In this document: positions 25,149-32,507 of the stretch, in pieces
Layout of the letters: every line of letters begins with the position of its first letter
Numbering within the stretch: position 1 is the stretch's first letter
IMG/VR virus record: IMGVR_UViG_3300010370_000005
Reading direction: 5' to 3' (one strand)
From: a virus
Length of the DNA stretch: 40,532 bases
Notes under the pieces: model-generated
The model's database searches: none
Told to the model about the DNA's origin: nothing
Seen by the model: only the letters and a program-made list of their open reading frames with translations
Position numbers and translations under genes: made by a program

Positions 25149-25376
25149 ATGGTGACTTACCGGTTCATTCAAGTGCCTGAACAGGCCTTGGCTAAACAGG
25201 CAAAGGCCATTCTGGCGATCCTTGAAGAAGCGCATGAAATTGGCAAAACTGAATTGTTGACCCTGATTTCTGCTCGTCTCAAGAGTCGCCAGAAGCCCCA
25301 ACGTCTGTTGTCCTATTATCAGGGCAGCTTGATTAAAGCAGGGGCTATAGAAACAATACGTTCTGTGGTACGATAG
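25149..25376 (+). CDS. Hypothetical small protein (75 aa)
   Basis: SD aaaggag; helical composition, possibly a winged-helix fold. No motif recognised. Confidence 0.5.
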   Translation: MVTYRFIQVPEQALAKQAKAILAILEEAHEIGKTELLTLISARLKSRQKPQRLLSYYQGSLIKAGAIETIRSVVR

Positions 25377-25438
25377 TCACGGAGTCGTTCCGAGGCCGAC
25401 TTTAAATGCCTCGACCACCCCTTTAGAAAGGAAAATGT

Positions 25439-26278
25439 ATGGCAAATGAAAGAGGAAAAGCAATCGATAAGACATTCCTGTCTGTCGACAACGCTGAGGA
25501 ACGCGGGTTCTTGCACCGTGATTACATCGCCCATTGTCTTCGCTGGACGCACGTCGTCAAGTGGCTGCATCAAGGCGGTCGTTACAAAACGGCTCGGATC
25601 CTAGACGTTGGTTGCGGTAAAGAGATGCCGTTGGCCAAGCTCATGCACTCGTCTCGTCTTGGTCCCCAGTTCTACGCAGCTGCCGACGTCAGCAAATTGT
25701 CAATGCCAGACCAGTTTGCCAAGTCAACTTGGAAACCCAGTCAGTTGCTAGGCGAGTGTGATGCAGCCGTTTTGAAGCCAGAGCAAATAGAGCAGACGCC
25801 AAATACGATCGTCTGTTTTGAAGTTGCCGAACACATTGAACCAGAGCACTGCCGTCGTTTACTGGCCAACTTTGGCAACTTGCTAGAGCCAGAAGGCACC
25901 TTGTTTATCTCAACGCCTTGTTGGGATCCTGATGTAGGAGCCGCTGCGAACCACGTCAACGAGATGACTTACCTTGCTTTTGGCGCTTTGCTAGAAGACG
26001 TAGGTTGGCGTGTTGAAGGTCATTGGGGCACGTTCGCCTCGATGCGCGATTACAAAGACGAGTTGCCACCAGCACACAAGGAGGTGTTTGATGCAATGCG
26101 AGACTACTACGACAGCAACTACTTGGCAACCATTTTCGCGCCGCTTTATCCATCGCGCAGTCGCAATTGTTTGTGGCAGCTTAAGTGGAACCCAGGCGGT
26201 GGCAGACAATTCCCTGATCTACGTGATGTCGAAGGACGTTGGGGTAGTTCAGAGAAGTGGCGAGAGCTTCTTGCTTAA
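25439..26278 (+). CDS. Class I SAM-dependent methyltransferase, small-molecule type (279 aa)
   Basis: Motif I is ARILDVGCGKE. Post-I/II features are VCFEVAEHIEPE and LLEPEGTLFISTP. I saw no DPPY/NPPY and no PCQ...ENV DNA-methyltransferase motifs. Confidence 0.75.
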   Translation: MANERGKAIDKTFLSVDNAEERGFLHRDYIAHCLRWTHVVKWLHQGGRYKTARILDVGCGKEMPLAKLMHSSRLGPQFYAAADVSKLSMPDQFAKSTWKPSQLLGECDAAVLKPEQIEQTPNTIVCFEVAEHIEPEHCRRLLANFGNLLEPEGTLFISTPCWDPDVGAAANHVNEMTYLAFGALLEDVGWRVEGHWGTFASMRDYKDELPPAHKEVFDAMRDYYDSNYLATIFAPLYPSRSRNCLWQLKWNPGGGRQFPDLRDVEGRWGSSEKWRELLA

Positions 26279-26352
26279 TGTAGGTTGGTTTTTGGTGGCG
26301 ATGATCTCATTGATCATCGTCATTTTATGGATTGAAATTAGAAAGGACAAAC

Positions 26353-26715
26353 ATGTGGAACGACATCAAAGCATTTCACGAGAAATTCGGCCTGCAATAC
26401 GACGGGCCGCCAAGGGACTTGCCCAAAGAGTTGGCAAGCTTTCGGATCGGTTTCATCTTTGAGGAACTCGATGAACTCATTGTCGCCGAAAATAAAACCG
26501 ATCAGCTCGACGCGTTGGTGGACCTCTGCTACGTGGTCATGGGCACTGCTTATCTACAAGGCTTCGACTTCCAAGCCGCGTGGGACCGAGTCCATGCTGC
26601 AAACATGGCGAAAGTCCGTGGTCCGTCAGCGCGCAGTCAAGCTTTCGATGTCATCAAGCCCGAGGGCTGGACTGCTCCAGATCTATCGGACCTAGCAGGA
26701 GAAGGCAATGGCTGA
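26353..26715 (+). CDS. MazG-like all-alpha nucleoside triphosphate pyrophosphohydrolase (120 aa)
   Basis: Start refined to MWNDIKAFHEKFG after the SD aaagga. The string RIGFIFEELDELIVAE...QLDALVDLCYVVMGTA...VHAANMAKV fits the EExxE...DxxD metal-binding pattern of phage MazG/HisE-like proteins. Confidence 0.75.
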   Translation: MWNDIKAFHEKFGLQYDGPPRDLPKELASFRIGFIFEELDELIVAENKTDQLDALVDLCYVVMGTAYLQGFDFQAAWDRVHAANMAKVRGPSARSQAFDVIKPEGWTAPDLSDLAGEGNG

Positions 26716-26875
26716 CTACCTCAAGTTTATCGCTGACACTCAAAAGGAAGCTGAGGAAAAGGCTGCTCAACACATCAAGGGTGAGGATCCCATGAGGTCT
26801 CCAGCAATCTACTCGTCTCAGCCCACTGAAAACGGCAAGTGGCTCGTTGTCGTTAAAGTGTGGGGACTTGACTGA
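26708..26875 (+). CDS. Small coupled ORF (55 aa; below the ORF-track cut-off)
   Basis: Its ATG at 26708 overlaps the MazG stop by 8 nt, and its TGA overlaps the next ATG (TGATG). It translates as MADYLKFIADTQKEAEEKAAQHIKGEDPMRSPAIYSSQPTENGKWLVVVKVWGLD. Confidence 0.5.
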   Translation: MADYLKFIADTQKEAEEKAAQHIKGEDPMRSPAIYSSQPTENGKWLVVVKVWGLD

Positions 26876-27876
26876 TGATCTTTATTCTTGAAGGACCTGA
26901 TGGTGTAGGTAAGACTACACTTGCTCAACACATGGCCAAGAAGCTCGGTGCAGTCTATTTGCATTTGAGTTATCGCTGGCCTGATCACATGTTTGAGTAT
27001 CACACAGCAGCCATTCGTTGGGCCATTCGCAAAAGCCGCAAGCAACCTGTCATCATTGATAGGTGGTGGCCAAGTGAAGCCTTGTATGCTGCTGAATATC
27101 GTGGTGGTAGTAAGTGGGCGCACATGGGTCGCATGATGGATCGTGTTGCTCGCAAACATGGTGCAGTCTACGTCTACTGTTTGCCTGAAGACCTTGTCGA
27201 GTACGAAAAACGCTTTGACAAGCTAAAGACAGAACGCGAAGAGATGTACGACAACGTGATGGGTGTTGCTAAACGTTACTTGCACTTGTGGCATGGTGAC
27301 AAGTCGCATGTACCAAACGAGAACTACACTGACTTGCTGCTAAGGACAGGTGGTGTGCACACGCGCGCAGATCACATCAAGTACTCGATTGAAACTTGGG
27401 GTGACAAGCTTGATTTGTTCACAGATTACGCAGTCAATCGTGCAAGTCACTTGTTGTCTTCGCAATTGCCTGACAGTATTGATGAACCTAATTTCCTTGG
27501 TCACATCTCTTCAGCGCAATATCTTATGGTTGGCGAGCGCGTCAATCCTAAGTACAACAACTTGTTTTGGCCTTGGTATGACTATGGTCACTCAAGTCTT
27601 TTCTTAGCTCAAGCGCTGCATCAAGTACCTGCACGCGAAGAACTATTTGTGTGGGCTAACTCAATCAACTTTGATGGCACAAAGAACGACATGATTGAGA
27701 AAGCTTATGGATTTAAACCAACGTTGAAAGTCGTAGCACTTGGCAAGACTGCTTTGACGCACATTACTAAGGCAGGTATTCCAGTGCACGAGCACGTGAA
27801 GCATCCTGCTTTTGTGAGACGCTTTGAAGGTGACGTTGATTACCTGAGAGGAGTATTAAGACATGCTATCCACTAA
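26875..27876 (+). CDS. Fusion protein: N-terminal thymidylate-kinase-like dNMP kinase plus C-terminal uracil-DNA-glycosylase-superfamily (family-4-like) domain (333 aa)
   Basis: Kinase part: IFILEGPDGVGKTT (P-loop) and VIIDRWWPSEALYAAEYRGG (the Tmk DRY/SxxAY region). C-terminal part: YLMVGERVNP (compare LMIVGEGPG), PWYDYGHSSLFLAQAL, VPAREELFVWANSI (compare IPREEVYITNIV), KVVALGKTA and KHPAFVRR (compare FHPAYLLR). Confidence 0.7.
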   Translation: MIFILEGPDGVGKTTLAQHMAKKLGAVYLHLSYRWPDHMFEYHTAAIRWAIRKSRKQPVIIDRWWPSEALYAAEYRGGSKWAHMGRMMDRVARKHGAVYVYCLPEDLVEYEKRFDKLKTEREEMYDNVMGVAKRYLHLWHGDKSHVPNENYTDLLLRTGGVHTRADHIKYSIETWGDKLDLFTDYAVNRASHLLSSQLPDSIDEPNFLGHISSAQYLMVGERVNPKYNNLFWPWYDYGHSSLFLAQALHQVPAREELFVWANSINFDGTKNDMIEKAYGFKPTLKVVALGKTALTHITKAGIPVHEHVKHPAFVRRFEGDVDYLRGVLRHAIH

Positions 27877-28615
27877 TACGCAATGGATTAAAGCACTTGA
27901 GAATGTGCTTGAAACAGGAAAAGTCTCTGCACCACGAGGCATGCCAATCAAAGAGCTCATGGCATACCAAACGTGCACTCCAATGGAGTGGCCTGTTGTA
28001 ACTGTAAAAGAACGAGAGCTTGGCTACAAGTTCATGGCTGCTGAAGCTGCGTGGATCTTGAGTGGCGACAATCGCGTGAGAAGCATTCGTCCATACAGTA
28101 AAGCGATCAGCAACTTCAGTGATGATGGTCATTTCTTTCATGGTGCTTACGGGCCCATGATTCGCGATCAATTGCATTTTGTGATTGATGCTTTGAATGC
28201 TGACAAAGATACAAGGCAAGCGGTCATGACCATTTGGCGTCCAAACCCAAGGCCTAGTAAAGACATCCCATGCACAGTGAGCGTGCAGTTCTTGATTCGT
28301 GATGGGTTGCTGCACGTTGTTGACACCATGCGCAGCAGTGACTTGTGGCTTGGTTGGCCTTACGACATCTTCAACTTCAGCATGCTAGCTCGCTACGTGA
28401 TTTGTCATTTGAAGCAGAAGCCAGAACTTGGAGTCATCGTGCTGCAAGCAGGCAGTGCTCACTTGTATGAACAGAACTGGTTGCCAGCTCAAGCAATCGT
28501 TGGTGGCAAATGCACAGTTGAAGAAACACCCACCATACCTTGGTTTGAGAATGGCGATGATTTAATTGATTGGTTATGGGAGCAAGCTAATGGCAACGGT
28601 ATTCAAAAGACCTGA
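27863..28615 (+). CDS. Thymidylate-synthase-fold pyrimidine-nucleotide C5 transferase, dCMP hydroxymethylase-like (Asp at the uracil/cytosine-discriminating position; 250 aa)
   Basis: IPCTVSVQFLIRDGLLHVVDTMRSSDLWLGWPYD aligns to E. coli ThyA [33 protein letters not shown]. The catalytic Cys, the RS.D motif and the HLY motif are conserved, and Asn177 is replaced by Asp, as in T4 gp42. The SD is gagaggag. Confidence 0.75.
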   Translation: MLSTNTQWIKALENVLETGKVSAPRGMPIKELMAYQTCTPMEWPVVTVKERELGYKFMAAEAAWILSGDNRVRSIRPYSKAISNFSDDGHFFHGAYGPMIRDQLHFVIDALNADKDTRQAVMTIWRPNPRPSKDIPCTVSVQFLIRDGLLHVVDTMRSSDLWLGWPYDIFNFSMLARYVICHLKQKPELGVIVLQAGSAHLYEQNWLPAQAIVGGKCTVEETPTIPWFENGDDLIDWLWEQANGNGIQKT

Positions 28616-29198
28616 TCAAGATGCGTACTTTCTGGCTATGGCAACTCTTGTGTCACTGCGCGCGACGTGTCGCAGACGCCGCGTCGGTTGTGTACTTGTG
28701 GACAGTAATCGTCATGTGCTCGCTACTGGCTATAACGGCGTTGCTCGTGGGCGCGATCACTGCCTTGACCATCCATGTGCTGGCGCTGATTTTAGACCGG
28801 GCCTGGGGTTGGATCAATGCGAAGCGATCCATGCAGAACAGAACGCGATGCTTCAATGCAGAGACACGCAAGCCATCGAGACCGCGTACATTACGGTGAG
28901 TCCATGCATTACATGCGTGAAACTACTAATGAATACCGGCTGCAAACGAATCGTGTTCATAGAACCCTATGCACACAGTCAAGCAGCAGACCTATGGAAA
29001 GGCGAATGGAAACACTATGGAACAGTTGAGCATGTTTATGCCGAACTCAGGTTGGCGTCCGCCAAAGGAGTTCCCGAATTTGACGAACGTCAAGAGGATC
29101 TCTTTGGACTGCGAAACCAGGGATCCACATTTAATAGACCGGGGTCCGGGCGGAGTGAGGTACGACGGGAACGTAGTGGGAGTGAGTCTTGCGACTGA
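28590..29198 (+). CDS. dCMP deaminase (zinc-dependent CDA fold) with a roughly 60-aa C-terminal extension
   Basis: Start refined to MATVFKRPDQDAYFLAMA. The zinc motifs HAEQNA and PCITCVKLL are present. The ORF tail runs 182 nt into the PolA gene in another frame. Confidence 0.8.
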   Translation: MATVFKRPDQDAYFLAMATLVSLRATCRRRRVGCVLVDSNRHVLATGYNGVARGRDHCLDHPCAGADFRPGLGLDQCEAIHAEQNAMLQCRDTQAIETAYITVSPCITCVKLLMNTGCKRIVFIEPYAHSQAADLWKGEWKHYGTVEHVYAELRLASAKGVPEFDERQEDLFGLRNQGSTFNRPGSGRSEVRRERSGSESCD

Positions 29199-30891
29199 AG
29201 ACCAAGCTTGGTATTTTCCTTTTGCGCATGGGGGTGGCGATAACCTTGATAAGAATCAGGTGCTATCTTTCTTGGCTGATGTACTGGCACAACAGACGGA
29301 GAAAATAGGTGCGAATCTCATATACGACCTTGAATGGTTACGTGCAGAAGGCATTCAAGTCAATGGTCCCATACGCGACATCCAAATCGCGGAGCCGCTT
29401 ATTGACGAGAACCAGTCCAGCTACAGCCTCTCGGCGCTTGCTAAGAAGTACCTTGGCGAAGACAAAGATGAAACCCTACTTAGGCAAGCAGCTGTATCTG
29501 CTGGAGTCGACCCAAAAGGTGGACTTTGGAAACTTGCAGCCAGGTACGTTGGTCCCTATGCCGAAGCAGATGCTGCACTCCCTCTCAAGATTTACGACTT
29601 ACAGAAAGAGATCCTAATCAAGGAAGACTTGTGGGACATCTTTACTCTTGAGTCTGATCTTGTCAACATCATGCTTGACATGCGATTCAAGGGCGTGCGC
29701 GTCGACGTCGATAAAGCCGAGGAGCTAAACGACCAAGGCTTAAAAGACGAAGCCAGATTACTCGGCGAACTAAGAGATCTCGTTGGTTACGTGATTGACC
29801 CATGGTCAGGTGACGATCTTGGCAGAGCCTTTAAGAAGTTAAACGTCTGGTACCCTGAGACTGCAAAGGGTAATGCCTCCTTCACTGGCGACTGGTTGGC
29901 TAATCACGAATTGCCAATGCCAAGGAAGGTTGCTGAGTATCGTAAACTAAATAAGATGCGGCGTGACTTTGTTGAAGGCATGGTGTTGAACATGCAGCAC
30001 AGTGGTCGCATTCACTGCCAGTTCCATGCGCTGCGTAAAGACGAGTCAGGAACTAGATCAGGTCGCTTCAGCAGCTCAATGCCTAACTTGCAGCAAGTAC
30101 CTGCTCGTGACGAACATTGGGGTCCATTGATTCGCGGTTTGTTCTTGCCAGACGAAGGCATGCACTGGGCTAGTTGTGATTACAGCCAGCAAGAACCTCG
30201 TATCCTTGTCCACTACGCAGACATCCTTGGTTTGAAAGGCAGCGAAGAAGCAGTCAGAACTTATTCTGAATCTGCTGATACTGACTTCCATCAAATGGTT
30301 GCTGACATGGCTGGCATCAAGCGTAAGCAAGCTAAGACCGTGAACCTTGGTATGTTTTACGGCATGGGTATTTACAAGCTCAGTCAAGAACTAGGTCTTA
30401 GTCAGGCTGAAGCAAAGCCGTTGTTTGAACAGTATCACGACCGGGTTCCATTTGTCAGGCAGCTCAGTCAACGTTGCACGCAGTCAGCAACGCAGAAGGG
30501 ATGGATCAAGACCTTGCTCGGTCGCAAGCGTCACTTCGATCTTTGGGAACCAGCAGACAGCCAGAACACTTGGCCTAATCGCGAAAACCCATTGACCATG
30601 GAACAGGCGAAGAAGGTTTGGCCTGATCGTCCATTGAGAAGGTCGATGACGCATAAAGCTTTGAATGCTTTGATTCAAGGTGGGGCGGCCGACATGACAA
30701 AGAAAGCGATGGTTGACCTGTATAAAGCAGGAGAAATCGCACACATCCAAGTGCACGACGAACTTTGTTTTAGTGTAAGTGATCGGGCACATGGCCAACG
30801 CATTCAGACAATTATGGAAGAGTGTGTTAAAATAGCAGTACCAATCAAGGTCGACTTAGAGATGGGTCCGACCTGGGGCGATAGCAAATAA
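29017..30891 (+). CDS. Family A DNA polymerase with a 3'-5' exonuclease domain (624 aa)
   Basis: Exo I is ISLDCETRD. Motif A is ASCDYSQQEPRIL, motif B is RKQAKTVNLGMFYGMG and motif C is IQVHDELCF. Start taken at MEQLSMF; other in-frame ATGs lie at 28969, 29032 and 29038. Confidence 0.9.
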   Translation: MEQLSMFMPNSGWRPPKEFPNLTNVKRISLDCETRDPHLIDRGPGGVRYDGNVVGVSLATEDQAWYFPFAHGGGDNLDKNQVLSFLADVLAQQTEKIGANLIYDLEWLRAEGIQVNGPIRDIQIAEPLIDENQSSYSLSALAKKYLGEDKDETLLRQAAVSAGVDPKGGLWKLAARYVGPYAEADAALPLKIYDLQKEILIKEDLWDIFTLESDLVNIMLDMRFKGVRVDVDKAEELNDQGLKDEARLLGELRDLVGYVIDPWSGDDLGRAFKKLNVWYPETAKGNASFTGDWLANHELPMPRKVAEYRKLNKMRRDFVEGMVLNMQHSGRIHCQFHALRKDESGTRSGRFSSSMPNLQQVPARDEHWGPLIRGLFLPDEGMHWASCDYSQQEPRILVHYADILGLKGSEEAVRTYSESADTDFHQMVADMAGIKRKQAKTVNLGMFYGMGIYKLSQELGLSQAEAKPLFEQYHDRVPFVRQLSQRCTQSATQKGWIKTLLGRKRHFDLWEPADSQNTWPNRENPLTMEQAKKVWPDRPLRRSMTHKALNALIQGGAADMTKKAMVDLYKAGEIAHIQVHDELCFSVSDRAHGQRIQTIMEECVKIAVPIKVDLEMGPTWGDSK

Positions 30892-30902
30892 AGGAGAATG
30901 AT

Positions 30903-31274
30903 ATGTGGCTATTTACTAGAAAAGGTTTGTTGAGTATCGTTGAGCACAGGTCTGATAAGGACTTGCTGATTGTTCGTGCTCGTCAAATGCAGCATCTGAC
31001 TGACAACTTCCCGAAGTCTATTCCAGCGTATACACCTGACGCGGACTACCGGTACAGGATCACTGTGCCACGTGCGTGGGTTATGTCTGAGGTCAGCCGT
31101 CTAGTACGGGAGATTGATTACCCGAACTTTAAAGACGCAGCTAATCCAGAATTCAAGCAAGTGTATTCAGAGATATGGGCAACAGGGTTAAAACTTGAAG
31201 GACTGAGATATGAAAGAGTCTACCCTGTGGACTTTGATTCGGGACAAAGTTCCCGGCCACTTGATCCGTATTGA
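30903..31274 (+). CDS. Hypothetical protein (123 aa)
   Basis: SD aaaggag; no motif recognised. Confidence 0.55.
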   Translation: MWLFTRKGLLSIVEHRSDKDLLIVRARQMQHLTDNFPKSIPAYTPDADYRYRITVPRAWVMSEVSRLVREIDYPNFKDAANPEFKQVYSEIWATGLKLEGLRYERVYPVDFDSGQSSRPLDPY

Positions 31275-31617
31275 AAACCTCGTCGGCGTCGGTCAACCAG
31301 ATGTCAATGCTTGCTATGAAGGTACTGAGGCGTGGCTTGAACTTAAGCTCGTCAAAGGCAACTACATCTATTTCAGATCAAGTCAATTGGCGTTCTTCAG
31401 TCGTCGCTGCAAAGAAAAAGGTCGCGTCTTTGTACTGGCGCGAAAAGACGACGACCTCATACTTTTTCGAGCAGCATCGGTTGTGGCAGTCGCAGAGTTA
31501 TTTGAACCAGTTAAAGACGGTGCATGCAGGATTAAGTGGGCCCTTATCCCTGATCCATACGTCTTTTCAAAGCCGTGGGCTTGGCAAAAAATCGCGGACT
31601 TAATCTTTAAATCCTAG
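31210..31617 (+). CDS. PD-(D/E)xK nuclease, VRR-NUC-like (135 aa)
   Basis: GVGQPDVNACYEGTEAWLELKLVKG...SSQLAFF matches the PD...E.K core with a downstream Gln, as in VRR-NUC or Holliday-junction-resolvase-like phage nucleases. It overlaps the upstream gene by 65 nt. Confidence 0.6.
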   Translation: MKESTLWTLIRDKVPGHLIRIENLVGVGQPDVNACYEGTEAWLELKLVKGNYIYFRSSQLAFFSRRCKEKGRVFVLARKDDDLILFRAASVVAVAELFEPVKDGACRIKWALIPDPYVFSKPWAWQKIADLIFKS

Positions 31618-31661
31618 CTTATTGCCAATAATGTGATAGTATCAATAAACAGAAAGGAGAA

Positions 31662-31985
31662 ATGATGACTGTATTCGTGGTGCAAGAGCCACGCGGAATT
31701 AACCTAATGCCGGCTGAACAGTATGGCGAGCTTAAGGTGCTGTTGCCTCCAGGCAACGTGGCTTACAGTGCTGCGCCCACAGTGGCTAGGTTAAAGCGAG
31801 GACTTGCGAGATTTACTGACAACGATTACCTACTCATGGTTGGCGATCCTGCCGCTATCGCAGTAGCAGGCGCCGTAGCAACGATGCTGAACAATGGACG
31901 CATGAAAGTGCTGAAGTGGGATCGTCAAGAGATGCGGTATTACGTGGTTGAATTTGATCTAATGAGGAGAAGCGATGACTACTGA
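31662..31985 (+). CDS. Hypothetical protein (107 aa)
   Basis: SD aaaggag immediately before ATGATG; no motif recognised. Confidence 0.55.
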   Translation: MMTVFVVQEPRGINLMPAEQYGELKVLLPPGNVAYSAAPTVARLKRGLARFTDNDYLLMVGDPAAIAVAGAVATMLNNGRMKVLKWDRQEMRYYVVEFDLMRRSDDY

Positions 31986-32502
31986 TGTCACACCAGGCGA
32001 CGACAGCCTGAAAGTCGTAGCTGAATTAGCAGCTAAGCAAGTGCAGCTTGAGAAAGAGATAGAGGATTTAGAAGCGCAGTTGAAAGAGAAGACAGAAGCC
32101 TTGTCCCAAGTACAGGAAAAGGATTTACCTGAAGCCATGACTGAGTGCGGCATCAGTGAGTTCAAGCTTGTCGATGGCAGCAAGATTACTGTCAAGCCTT
32201 TCTACCAAGCTAATCCTCCTAAGGAAAAGTACGAAGAAGCCATGCAATGGTTACGCGACAATGGTCATGGAGACTTGATCAAGAACGACGTGACAGTTAG
32301 CTTTGGCAAAGGTGAAGATGCAAATGCCGTGGACTTCAAGACCTTCTTGAAAGACAATGGTACTTCATACACCGACAAGACAGGAGTCCATGCTATGACG
32401 TTCAAAGCGTTTGTGCGTGAACAAGTGGAATCAGGTAGGAACTTGCCCTTCGACCTGTTAGGTATTTACATTGGGCAGAAAGCAACCATCAAGAAAGGAT
32501 AA
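31975..32502 (+). CDS. Hypothetical coiled-coil protein of the recombination/replication module (175 aa)
   Basis: SD aggaga. The N-terminal heptad-rich segment is AELAAKQVQLEKEIEDLEAQLKEKTEAL. The position upstream of the SSB-like gene recalls Gp157-like proteins, but this is weak. Confidence 0.45.
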   Translation: MTTDVTPGDDSLKVVAELAAKQVQLEKEIEDLEAQLKEKTEALSQVQEKDLPEAMTECGISEFKLVDGSKITVKPFYQANPPKEKYEEAMQWLRDNGHGDLIKNDVTVSFGKGEDANAVDFKTFLKDNGTSYTDKTGVHAMTFKAFVREQVESGRNLPFDLLGIYIGQKATIKKG

Positions 32503-32507
32503 CTTAA

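Noticed and set aside
25400-25422. Hairpin cgaggc-N11-gcctcg between the 75-aa ORF and the methyltransferase gene as a terminator
   Set aside because: The stem has only 6 bp, the loop is large (11 nt) and no T-tract follows. It is not convincing as an intrinsic terminator.
26010-26462. 150-aa alternative-frame ORF containing a TM-like stretch (VGWFLVAMISLIIVILWI) and spanning the methyltransferase/MazG junction
   Set aside because: Most of it overlaps the methyltransferase and MazG frames, which have real motifs. Only about 70 nt are unique, and no SD precedes any in-frame start.
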